Origin: Trichosphaerium sp. ATCC 40318
Taxonomy: Eukaryota > Protista > Tubulinea
Reading direction: 5' to 3'
DNA length: 64,000 nt
Assembly (NCBI GenBank): GCA_038496445.1
Contig: JALMLS010000281.1
Coordinates: forward strand, 62,001 to 126,000
The notes beneath the pieces are model-generated. The model did not search any database. It saw only the letters and a program-made list of their open reading frames with translations, and had not been told where the DNA came from. The translations under genes were made by a program, and so were the position numbers. This document shows positions 1-11,299 of this stretch, in pieces (position 1 is the first letter of the stretch; the number at the start of each line of letters is the position of its first letter).

Positions 1-1312
1 AGCCTCAATTATTTTCATTGAATAACTAAGGCCTCAGGACTACCCGTTGAAGCGTTTATTCGCTCTCCAAAGCCAGCACGGCGACAACGTAGAAATGTAG
101 CCGAAGACGAACCTCCTAAGAACAGTGCCCATCTAAACGGTGGAGATTCGGATGTATGCCGTTTGCTTTAGTGCAACTATTTATCAAGGCATTACTTTTT
201 TTTTTCAACTGACCCTTTTTTGACAAAAAAAAATTATATACGCTATGTTCGTAATTTTAATATCTACTGTGTTGTTTCTGACGTACACAATAAGGGCTAC
301 GCGTTAATTAGAAATGGAACCACACCTAAACCTAAAGGGGGGAGCACATGGCGAAATGGATCAATAAACGGCATAACAAAGGATTACGAGACTCCTAAAG
401 GATACGAGTCACCCAAAGAGTATGATGAAGCGACAAGCTTGGTGTTAGGGTAGTTTTGTTTTTTTTTGTTTGTTTACATTTTTGTGAGAAAATTTTATTA
501 CATCGCAAAAACGAACGAACAACACCATAAGGAACGCACCTAAATTTTTGGTGGCGGTCTACTTTTTTTTTTGGGGTTAGGGGCATTATTCCAAATACAT
601 TTTTATCTCATTACAAGCAACCGTAACGTGATTTAGCGCGTTTTTTTTATCTTTTTTTGAACCAAAATTTTTTTCGGATAGTTTTTTGCTTTTACTCGGA
701 GCTTTACCCAACCTTATTGTTTCTTTTTATCTAGACAAACTGACATTGAGCAACAGCCTCTCTTTATTGGTAATCTTCAGAACGAGCAGCAGAATTATGT
801 ACATGCTTTCTGGGGACCTGTGTACTCTGTTATTCTACCAAGCCTCGTTTTAAGTGTTGTTACACCGGAGTACTTTCGTGGGTGTAAAAGATTTCTTTGT
901 AGCTTTGCTTTTTATCTACTTGCAATCCTTTGGATTCCAACTCTTATCTTGGCTCCTTTTGTTGGTTTTGTGATGGATCTACTACAAATTATTGCTTGGC
1001 TACTCTCATGTGGATTTTCATCTAGTCGATGGTCGTTTGATGTACGTCAAAAAGTGATTTATGAAGGCCACAAAATTGGACGTAAATCTTTGATGTTTTC
1101 TTTGAAAATCTCCTGCTTGTTGACTTTTTTTTTGACTTTTTTTTATTGAGTTGGTAATCGTTTATTTGTACTCATTTTTTTCAAAGGTTACTGTTGAAGC
1201 AACGTGTGATTTTGCGGCGTTTAAAGTACTTCTTGCAATTTTATTTTTCCCTATCGCAGTGCCTTGGTTGTTGTATCATTGCTTATGTGCTAAACGAACA
1301 AATGCTATTTGA
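1..1312 (+). CDS. 5'-truncated multi-exon gene, unknown membrane protein
   Basis: Exons ~31-153, ~295-449, 734-1081 and ~1187-1312 lie between GT-AG introns; the last junction is not resolved. Hydrophobic stretches FLCSFAFYLLAILWIPTLILAPFVGF and VLLAILFFPIAVPWLL. Stop TGA at 1310-1312. Confidence 0.5.
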
Positions 1313-1515
1313 AAGAGAAACACTGTAATTTTACAACTACCCCCCGCCCTTTTTTTTTGGTACAACTCATGTGTTGTCATGTACATAATGTAAAGAAAAA
1401 CTGACTTAAAAAAAATATTTTGTCTTTTTGACAACTAATCGCTCTCTGACTAACTGTTATTTTGTTTTCTGTATCTTACGGTTAATTTATTAACGACCTA
1501 CAAATCTATCTCACC

Positions 1516-2070
1516 TTACAACTCATCTGTTACTACACCTGCTGCTTTTATGTCGGCATTTCCTAATGATTCTATTCCTTTTTTAGTCACGCTCATACAG
1601 TATCCAATGTTGATTTTATGTACACCAGCCAATGCTTGAATGCCTTCATCTGTTACTCCTGATAGTGAATTGAACAGATTAATTGAATGTACACCTGCTA
1701 ATACTCTAAGGCATTCATCATTGACCTGAATACATCCAACAAGTGACACTTCTCTAACTCCAGAAATTTCTTTAAACCCATTGATTGTAAGTCTCCAGCA
1801 ATTATCAAGATTTATATATTTAACTCCATTTAGTTCCTTCAAGTGTTTGTCTCTCAGGTCAAGGTGGGAGCAGTTGATTTTAGTGTACCTCAACAAACCT
1901 TTGTATTTACCAATTATAGGTATATCTGAGAGTGATTTTGGCTTTATTGAAACATAACCAACATGTTGGTGAATGACACTTGACAATCCACGGCTCGTTT
2001 GGGCAATGTTGAACCTGGACTTTGAAAGAAACGAGATAATACAGCAAAGTACTTCAATAGGGAGCTCCAA
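1516..2070 (-). CDS. F-box/leucine-rich repeat protein (no intron in this ORF)
   Basis: N-terminal F-box LPIEVLCCIISFL, followed by LRRs of the VTDEGIQALAGVHKINI type. Paralogue of 9143-10821. Confidence 0.8.
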   Translation of the reverse strand: MELPIEVLCCIISFLSKSRFNIAQTSRGLSSVIHQHVGYVSIKPKSLSDIPIIGKYKGLLRYTKINCSHLDLRDKHLKELNGVKYINLDNCWRLTINGFKEISGVREVSLVGCIQVNDECLRVLAGVHSINLFNSLSGVTDEGIQALAGVHKINIGYCMSVTKKGIESLGNADIKAAGVVTDEL

Positions 2071-2334
2071 TAAATTGATAGAGAGCTACAATAAAGGCAG
2101 TCAAAGTACTGATAGCTTGTGCGTAAACTCTAAGTATGGAAGCTTCTAGAAGCAATGACAAGAAAAAGTTTCGTACCGTTGTTTTGTCGTTTATTGTGTA
2201 CTTGGTATCAGGCTCCATGGAAGTGTGTCGGTCTGATTGAGACATTAAAAAGTACCAAAAGAGTCAACGGAGCGATAAAACATCAAAAAATAAGTGAAGG
2301 TGTTTCATAGAAAGCTCAAGTAGAGCCTGTAGGC

Positions 2335-3895
2335 ATGCCGCCGTTATCGACTGTTGACGTCCCAGAGTTGACACCCGAAATATTAGCGATTTTACAAGGC
2401 GCTCATATTCGTACAGGTAAGACATCTACGCGTAGGTATTGTAATACGACTCTAAAACGTGCTAGTGGAGGACTTACTATTTACTGGAAAGCGTTACAAC
2501 CCACAGCTCGGTTTAAGCCAAAAAGTAGTTAATTCGCCGTTAAAATATAGCTAAAAGCGTGCTAGGCGATTGACGTAATTGTTCAATCAGTTTACAATGC
2601 ATTCGTCTACAACTCTCAACCAAATACATCTAGACCGTCAATAAGCATCAAAACACACGAACCAACATTTATCACAACGAATAATACACCGTACGTTTAA
2701 ATACAAATTCCCGCCTGACCACGTCTAGCATCGATACTGCGCTTGCTGGTGGGCTTTGTACGGGCGAAATAACAGAGTTTTATGGACCTGTGGCGACAGG
2801 GAAAACGCAGGTAGGCTGTCAATCTTGTGTTCTTTCCTCCGTTATTTGAAGATCCTAACCATCACGAACAGATGGCCCATTTCTTCACCTTGAATGCAGC
2901 CTACAAAAATAGAGGAACTGTTTTTTATATAGATTCCTCCAACACCTTCTCAGCCAGACGGTTGGCTACGATGTATAAAATGGCAACAAATCACATGGTG
3001 AGTGTAAAGGTTTTGACAAGATTTTTCATTCAAAAAGTTCTATCAATGTTTCGTTGTTTTTCTGATTGTTCCAGCACTCCACACTACCTGTTGGCGCATT
3101 TCTATCTAGGGTTCGACACATGCCTGTGTTCGATGTAGAGGTACTATATGGGGTACTTAAACAATTACAGCTAGACTTGGAGGCCAAAGTATGTACCTAC
3201 ATAAATGTGCAGATTTTTTTAATGTTTTTTTCTTTGTAGAAAGCAGCTTTCTATAGTACACTCAAATTGGTCGTTATAGATTCTTTTGCTTGGATAATGT
3301 CTCCGTCAGTGTATGGGCAGCAAAACATCGGTACGTGTTAGTAAACACTAGAACAAAAATGCTATTCTTTTTCAGCGCTTGTTTTGTTATGCTGAATATG
3401 TTATATCTTTGTATTTATAATTAATATGCTTTATTAGGACGAAACCTCATGGGAGAGATAGCTAGACTTATGAAGATAATAGCAACTGACTATAAGGTTG
3501 CATTTTTAGTACGTGAATATGACATTAGTAATCTTCTTTTTTTTCATGTAATTCGCCTTTGCTTTATTTAAATATCTTATGCTTATGGCTCATGATAGGT
3601 CACAAACTACACAGTGTCTGCTAACCAAAATACTATAAAACCTGCTCTTGGTACGCTATTTTAAGCCTAACTAGGTCCTAACAGTGCCTTGTATTTCTCA
3701 TCCAGTTAATTTTTTTTTCAAGGTCAAGCATGGGGTGTTCATCCTGATGTACGTATAGAGCTTACTGATTTGGGATTTGATAAAAAGAAACAAATGCGTA
3801 TTGTATCATCCAAAAGACCAGGAATTGTTGATAATACTGTACAATATTGCTTCACAAGTGGTGGAGTGCTTGGGTTCTCCAATTTTTCAAAATAA
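2335..3895 (+). CDS. RAD51D: RAD51 paralogue, most like RAD51D (multi-exon)
   Basis: Spliced motifs IDTALAGGLCTGEITEFYGPVATGKTQ (Walker A), VFYIDSSNTFSARRL, LKLVVIDS (Walker B), VTNYTV and KPALGQAWGVHPDVRIEL. Confidence 0.78.
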
Positions 3896-4277
3896 ATTTG
3901 TTTATCTTTGGAGGAACTTTAGCGAAACATCTGTTAAGAATGTGACAACCTGACAAATGGTTGCAAGTGCTGATAGCAGAAAGTGTTTTTTTCAGTTAGA
4001 CCATGATATGAAATACCACCACGCTTGCCAACACTACCTCAGTTGTAAATTCAACGGTGCAAACAAGGATTTCAGTGGGAGGATTTTCTTTCAACAAGCT
4101 TTCTTAGTATTTACACCGTCTAAATGTTGCCAACGCATGCTTTAAGGTTAGACTCCAGGATCCAGATTCAGTAACAACAATCCACCATTTTTGTGACAAA
4201 GTAGCGACTTAACCTCGTCCTAAGCAAGAAGTTTCCTTGCTTATGTTTTAAGCATTTTTGTACATCAAAAACATCTA

Positions 4278-4802
4278 ATGCACCTCTCTTTACTCGCAGT
4301 TTGCTTATTCTGCCTAAGCCTTGCGTTTGCTAGCACAAAGTGCGCTGCTAACAAGTCTGATGCTTGCACTGACCATTCAACGTACTGTGTGTTCTACTAC
4401 CAGACAAATGGCACCAACAATTACAACTGCTGGTGGAATAGATACACAAAAAGGTGTGGACCAGCGGAATTATGCAAAATAGCATCAAACGTAACTTGTC
4501 CTGCGTCTGAGTACGCCAGTACATGCCAATTTTCAGTATCGGAATGCAATAAACATTGGGTACATGGTTCGAAAGGTGTAGGTCAAAGATGTGTTTGGGA
4601 CGAAGGAACAAATAGCTGTAACAAGAAAGGACCTATATGTGGTGACAATGCAGGTCAATGTAATGCGTACCAAGCAGAAATATGCCACAACATAGAGCGA
4701 GAATCTTGTGGAAATTTTTACGAGCAGGCTGATTTGTATATAGCTTACAACTGCTACTGGATTCAAAACCAATGTAAGGGTGTACTTAAGTGTAGCCTTT
4801 AG
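4278..4802 (+). CDS. Secreted cysteine-rich protein with three 6-Cys repeats
   Basis: Intronless 174-aa ORF with a hydrophobic signal peptide (MHLSLLAVCLFCLSLAFA). The mature part has 18 Cys in three similar blocks, each containing CxW. Confidence 0.8.
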   Translation: MHLSLLAVCLFCLSLAFASTKCAANKSDACTDHSTYCVFYYQTNGTNNYNCWWNRYTKRCGPAELCKIASNVTCPASEYASTCQFSVSECNKHWVHGSKGVGQRCVWDEGTNSCNKKGPICGDNAGQCNAYQAEICHNIERESCGNFYEQADLYIAYNCYWIQNQCKGVLKCSL

Positions 4803-5439
4803 AACAACTAAGTTCAAATGTCCATCAAGGCATCATCAAATAAACACAAGGTTTCCCAAAGATAAATTTGCCTAGATTTGGCCTTTGTTGGTAGCCGTGG
4901 TGATTAGAACTATAGAAAGCTTGGGCTATTTTGTGATATCTTGCAGCATTTTAGTGGATGTCAAGACGTTCAAAATAAGTTCCAGTGTTTTTTAGCAATG
5001 GCTGTCTTATAATTGAATGTTTCAACTTGAGTTTACTTTCGCTGTTTATAAAATAAAAAGGATGGGCACGTGACACAAATTGCGAAATACGTCCGTTTTA
5101 CATACCCAAAAGCCTCAGATAAATATTGTTTCATGTGATTAAGAAATAATGAAGATCCAGAGTTTGTGATAGCGAAAAGTTAAAGAGTATCTCCTCTGAC
5201 CTTTTTATTCTTGATACCTTTGTATCCATAATCCTTTCCTTTGTAGAGTTTCATCAAAATGTGTATTAATTGCAGCTCTCTTCGATAGGCTGTGGAATTT
5301 TGTGAATGATTCTATGCTGAAAGTACAAATATAAGTTTGAATTTCACATGGAATATCCAGTAAACTCAAACGACCAAGTTTTCTGTCTATCTTTTTATTA
5401 TTCGAATGAGACTAAAATTAAAGTGTTATATGCACATAG

Positions 5440-5842
5440 AGTGGTGTGTCTAAAGAATGGTATGAGAGTGGACAATTGAGGTTCAAGAGCATGTGGGTTG
5501 ACAACAAACAAAATGGTGAGAACAAGGAATGGTATGAGAACGGGCAACTAAAAGGACAGTGTGCATGGGTTGATGATAATCGGCATGGCGAAAGCAAGGT
5601 GTGGTATGAGGGCGGACAACTACGAGGACAGTTTGTTGATGATAACAGCATGGTGAATGAAAACATGGCATGAGAGCGGACAACTAAGGAACAGTGCATG
5701 TGTGTGGGTTGATGGTAAACCGCATGGTGAAAGTAAAGAATGGTATGAGAATGGACAACTTGCTGAACTAAGTACATTTGTTGATGGGAAACTGAACAAT
5801 GAAACAAAGGAATGGTATGAGAATGGACAAATAAAACAATAA
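5440..5842 (+). pseudogene. MORN-variant (EWYENGQL) repeat protein, frameshifted
   Basis: About five ~72-nt repeats of G-E-x-K-E-W-Y-E-N-G-Q-L are split across frames by single-base deletions near 5650-5665. Confidence 0.65.
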
Positions 5843-5909
5843 AATTGGAATCCGATTCTACTCAGCTGAATAAAACGTTTTATTATTATGTACAATAACG
5901 TTGTCACAG

Positions 5910-7755
5910 TCACAGTTTGTTAACATGAAATAAAGGTTCATACTTATACTTTTGAATAGTTGCAAACTCTAATTCAAGTGAGTTTGGTTTGTCTGTTTCT
6001 CTCCAATTGAAGTGTTGAACAAGTGATGGAATTGCCTTGTACAACAAAGTGATTGCTATACGTTCTCCAGGACATCTCCTAACACCTTGACCGAATGGAT
6101 TAATTTTTGTTTGCTGTGGTTTCTCCCATCTGGATGGATTAAACTTTGATGGTTCGTCCCAAGTATCATTGTAACATTCAGATTGATGCATCAAATAAAC
6201 GATTGACTAATAAAAAAAAGTTGAGTATGATGAAATTGTTTAAAAAAAAGGAATCACGTGATAGGTGACAGTACTTACGTTTTTAGGTACATTGTATCCG
6301 CCTATTGTAACGCTTTCTCTTGCTTTGTGAGGTACTTGAAGAGGTGCTATAGGTTTGATTCTGAAGACTTCTTGAACAAAGTTCTTTAGGTAACTGATTG
6401 CTTGAAGCTCCTATACAGGCTTTTAGTCTTTTGTTTTTGATGAAGTTTCAATACCTTAACAGACATTGATGATATATCTTTATCCCCTATCGCTTCCCTG
6501 AGCTTAACTTGAATATCAGGATGTTTGGAAAGCATTGTAAATGCGCTATGAGCAAAGTGTCAGAGCTTGAAATTTTAGCTATTTTTTCACTACATACGTT
6601 TGCAAACCATGTGCTGTTGTATCGAAACCAGCTGCTACCATTTCATTGAGAAACGCAATAAGCTCACCATCAGTTTTTTCAGGCATAGAAGTCAAGATGA
6701 TATCCAGCCAATGTCTTGTTTCTTTTGGATCATAAGTGTCACGTGCGTTTTTAACAATATCCCCAAAAATCTGATTTCGCTGTTCCAAAAGAGATGAAAA
6801 CTCTGCAACCTTGAGATTGATGTTAGTTTACGGTTATGGTGTTAAAGCAAACGTACTCTTTTTGTTTCCAGTACGGAGCACATTGGAAAGATATCTTGCA
6901 AGAAAGGAACAAGAGCGCCTTCCATCACTGCTTTTGATACTTTGAATAAGTCTGATAGCTCATTGTTGTCCTTTTTATACGCTCTTATACCGAACAATAG
7001 AGTTGTTATCATATTGAAAGTCATCGCATATGACACTTCACTTCCGGTTACAACTTCACCATCTTTGGATCTTTGTGTAAAAGTAGTGATAGCTGCATTA
7101 ATCTCGTTGTCGATTATTTTGTTTATTTTCTATTGAAAAAAAGTAAGGAGTTTGGTGTCACAAGTTTTTTTGGTTACCTTCATTCCTTTTCCAGAAGCCA
7201 AATCGTTCTTGAAAATGTATCTGTAACCCTTATGGTAATCGTTATGGTCAGAGGTAACACATCCTATTCATTCGTTAGCGACAAAAAGACAGATTCTTTC
7301 ACACTTGCCTCCTCTTGGGTCTGTACTGTAGATTGTTCTTAGAGCGTGAAAGTCATTCAATGGTCTATCTGATAATACGTTTCTATGCTTTACTACTGCT
7401 TCTTTTATGAGAGAAGCATCTGATATAAAAACAAACTAGAGACATGTGAGAAAAGAAGCGAACTCTTTCGGTTTTTTCAAAGCGCACTGTTTTAGAGCCA
7501 AAGTCCATACTGAAGATACCTCCGAGTTTGTTTGCGTAGTAAACTGCGGTACTAAAAGAACTGTTAGCTAGTCCTATAGAGGATTACCAGTACGTACTTG
7601 ACCATTTCCTTTGGATTTGTCCAGAGGTGAAGGTGACCAATAATTGGAATACTGAGTGGACTTGGAGGAAGACGCTTGCAAGATCTGTTCCAGTTTTTAT
7701 AAAAAGTGGTTGCTACCACTAATGCTGCCAATGTAATTGCTATCAATAGAATCAT
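5910..7755 (-). CDS. Cytochrome P450 (multi-exon)
   Basis: N-terminal anchor plus PPSPLSIPIIGHLH, I-helix AAGFDTT, ExxR (QEVFR), FNPSRW and the heme motif FGQGVRRCPG. Confidence 0.95.
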
Positions 7756-8246
7756 TTGCTGTTACTTTAAGAATTTCTGTTGTGGTTGTTGCTGGTTGTG
7801 TTTTCTGATTTTGATTATTATTAACAAACCACGTGAATGTGGAAACGTCACAACATTCAAATCTTGTTCAGTGAAAATAACTCATTCATGAAAGTTACCA
7901 AACATGTTCCATTTTCACGTGAACGATACTTCTCTTCATTTACTGAAAATTCATCGTCTTGGCGATAAACAAACAACGCTTAGCTCCCAAGAACTCTTTC
8001 GGTTTCATTTTGGTAAATCTGTATGATGCTATCCAAGAAACTTTATCCCGAAGTGACGTTTCTTGACGAGTCCGTTCGGTATAACATACTTTCGAATCCA
8101 CGTCCCTAATACTGTGGTATGTGTTTAGGGCTAAAAACCTGCTGAGAAGCCAACATCGCAATCAAACCACGACACGAAAGAGTACTTTACCATCGCTATG
8201 TATCTTGGAACGTGAAACGAGCGACACGAACTCAGGAACCCGCTCG

Positions 8247-8418
8247 AATGTCTATCGTTTGAAATCGCGTATCTTAAGGATGACGGTTTCAATCATATTC
8301 AAATATCTATAGTTTGAGATCGTTTAGAATTTTACGCCGAAGTCACATCTGTATAACGTTTGATGAGTGTGATTGAAACCGTAATCCTTAAGATACATGA
8401 TTTGAAACAATAGATATT
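8247..8418. repeat. Imperfect inverted repeat (54-bp arms, ~64-nt spacer)
   Basis: 8247-8300 matches the reverse complement of 8365-8418 at 46/54 positions. Confidence 0.85.
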
Positions 8419-8659
8419 TAGATTGATCCAAAGTAGGTTGTTCGATGATAAACTCAATACAATCTAACAGTAAAACGGAAGAGTCCGGCATATTCCACTG
8501 ACAGGCTCAGTCTCACTCACATTGAACTAAGTACGGCAAAACGTCACACTACAAAAACCGACAAATACAGAAACGAACCAGTAAACAAAGAGAAAAGCAT
8601 TGTTTTGAGAATCGTTTATCAAAGTTAGATTGTACACGGTCAATCACATGTGGTGACTC

Positions 8660-8800
8660 CAGTTGTCTGGCCATATGTATCATAGTGACTACATTCTCTG
8701 TTCAGAGATGAGTGATCATAACTAGCCTTTAGCTTCCTATCTTCATACCACTCACCCAGCACTATTGCCTCTGATTTTCAACCACTAATTTGGTATGAAT
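8660..8800 (-). pseudogene. Possible highly degenerate MORN-variant remnant
   Basis: The minus strand reads GEWYEDRKLKASY...ECSHYDTYGQ, flanked by stops. Weak resemblance only. Confidence 0.25.
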
Positions 8801-9142
8801 TTTCAAATAGGTAATATTCATTAGTACTAGAGATGGCAGAAATACCAGTCCGAACTGGTTCCGGACCGAAACGCAAAAGACGGTCTCTAAACGGTCCAAA
8901 TGGTCCGCTGTCAAACCTTCTGACTGAAGAAGATGTACACTTCTGGTGAACGGAACAGACATCAGAAAGCAAGCAATAACTACTATAGCAAATAGAATTG
9001 AGTTTCTTTACATTTCTTTTTATCTAACAAATTGCCTTCATTTCCATCACCTGGTTGCTATGAGCTTGAACTATCTATTAGGGATAAATGTTTCTTTCTT
9101 CTTGAGAGTGTCTTTGTTGCATATTGGTTCAAAGGTATTGGT

Positions 9143-10821
9143 CTAAATATTAACTGAATGTACACCAGAAAGAACTTTTAACCCTTCAGGTGTAACATAT
9201 GTGTTATACAGATAGATCTTATGAACACCGACAATTTCTTTTAACCCTTTTTCTGTAAAGTCCCTGCAATCTGACAGAGATAAGGTATGGACGCCAGCAA
9301 GTGCTTTTAGCCCTTCATCTGTAACTGATGTGTTATCTAGAAAGATTGTATGAACGCCAGAAAGTGCTTGTAACCCTTTGTCTGTAACTGAGGTGTTAGA
9401 TAGATGGATTGTATGAACTCCAGAAAGTGCTTTTAGCCCTTCATCTGTAACTGATGTGTTATCTAGAAAGATTGCATGAACGCCAGAAAGTGCTTGTAAC
9501 CCTTTGTCTGTAACTGAGGTGTTAGATAGATGGATTGTATGAACGCCAGAAAGTGCTTTCAATCCTTCGTCTGTAACTGATGTATCATTAAGAGAAATGG
9601 TATGTACACCAGAGAGTGCTTTTATCCCTTTGTCTGTTATACATTTGCAACTATTAAGATACACAGTATGAACACCAGAAATGAACTTTAAGCCTTTATC
9701 TGTAACCGAGGTTCTAGGCAGAGAAATGGTATGTACACCGGTAAGCGCTTTTATCCCTTCATCTGTAACTGAGGTGTTAGATAGATAGATTGTGTGAACG
9801 CCAGAAAGTGCTTTTAATCCTTCATCTGTAACTGATGTGTTATCTAGAAAGATTGTATGAACGCCAGAAAGCGCTTGTAACCCTTTGTCTGTAACTGAGG
9901 TGTTAGATAGATGGATTGTATGAACTCCAGAAAGTACTTTTAATCCTTCATCTGTAACTGATGTGTTTGTTAGATAGATTGTACGAACGCCAGAAAGTGC
10001 TTTCAATCCTTCATCTGTAACTGATGTATTATCTAGAAAGATTGTATGAACGCCAGAAAGTGCTTTTATTCCCTTGTCTGTTATATGCTCGCAATTATAA
10101 AGATCAACAAAATGAACACCAGAAATGAACTTTAATCCTTCATCTGTAACTGATGTATTATTAAGAGAAATGCTATGTACACCAGCAAGTGCCCTTAATC
10201 CTTCACCGGTAACTGAGGTATAAGATAGATAGATTTTATGTACACCAGAAAGTACTTTTAATCCTTCATCTGTAACAGATGTGCTTGATAGATAGATTGT
10301 ATGTACACCAGAAAGTGCTTTCAATCCTTCATCTGTAACTGAGGTATTATTAAGAGAAATGGTATGTACGCCAGAAAGAGCTTTCAACCCTTCATCTGTA
10401 ACTGATGTATTATCAAGAGAAATGGTATGTACACCAGAAAGTGCCTTTAACCCTTCATCAATTAAAGGCTGTCCACATGAGCTAAGAATAATGAAACGAA
10501 CACCAGCAAACGCCTTTATAACATCATTAGACGTTCCTTTACCAGCAAGTTTGATGCGTGTGTGCTGGAGAGTACTTGAGTGTTTTAAAATTGCTTTTGC
10601 TTGGTCAACACTTGAAACCCAAATGCGACAGTATCCGATAATATCGTGAATGATAGAAGCAAGGCGATGACAAGTTTGAGAAGCGGCAAAGCGTGAGTTT
10701 GTTGTTTTACGTAAAATAAGAGCTAAAATCTCTGTGGGAAGGTCTAAAATGCTTGGCGTAGGTTAGAACAGTTTAACAAGTAATTTTGTTCGTACTTTTC
10801 GGTTAAGCTCTTTTCTGACAT
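9143..10821 (-). CDS. F-box/LRR protein with ~22 tandem 21-22 aa LRRs
   Basis: Short exon 1 (ATG 10821, MSEKSLTE) and one intron, then an open frame ILDLPTEILALILRK (F-box) running into the 414-aa ORF of LKALSGVHTIxLxNTSVTDEG repeats. Confidence 0.9.
9150..10470 (-). repeat. Coding tandem repeat, 63/66-nt unit
   Basis: Near-identical units such as ccttcatctgtaactgatgt...tatgaacgccagaaagtgcttt recur about 21 times. Confidence 0.95.
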
Positions 10822-11299
10822 CCCACCAAGCTGTAAGGGCTAAAACCGTCACGTGATATTAACTAGTTAATTCTGCTCTAAGTGAGCTTGTGTACATTAA
10901 GTTACATTATTTTCTCCTTACAAAGCTATACACGCAAAAGTGGTATGGACTATAACTATCAAGCAGAAGCACAAGAGGTCAATATCTTTTTTGTGTAAAT
11001 TTATTGCGGTGGAGTTCATAACAACAGAGAGAAAAAACTTCTCGTCTAATTTTCAAAAACACGTGCGTGTGCAGTGCTTTTTTTTTATTATTTGTGAATG
11101 AGATTTAACATGAATGTTGTTTTATTTCTCTTTCGTTAGGCACAGTGTGGTGCTACGGCCTGTCTATTCTAAGTTTTTTAATATTACTCGTTTAGCACTT
11201 AGACTTGTATAGGGGTTATCTTTCACATCTTTTCAACCCTGTACTTGAAAAAGCTTTGTATGCATGTTAGTATTTTCCTATGTGAGGTTCCTTATACTG

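Noticed and set aside
9150-10470. Regular repeat array resembling CRISPR
   Set aside because: Units are in-frame LRR codons with no unique spacers, there are no cas genes, and the context is eukaryotic.
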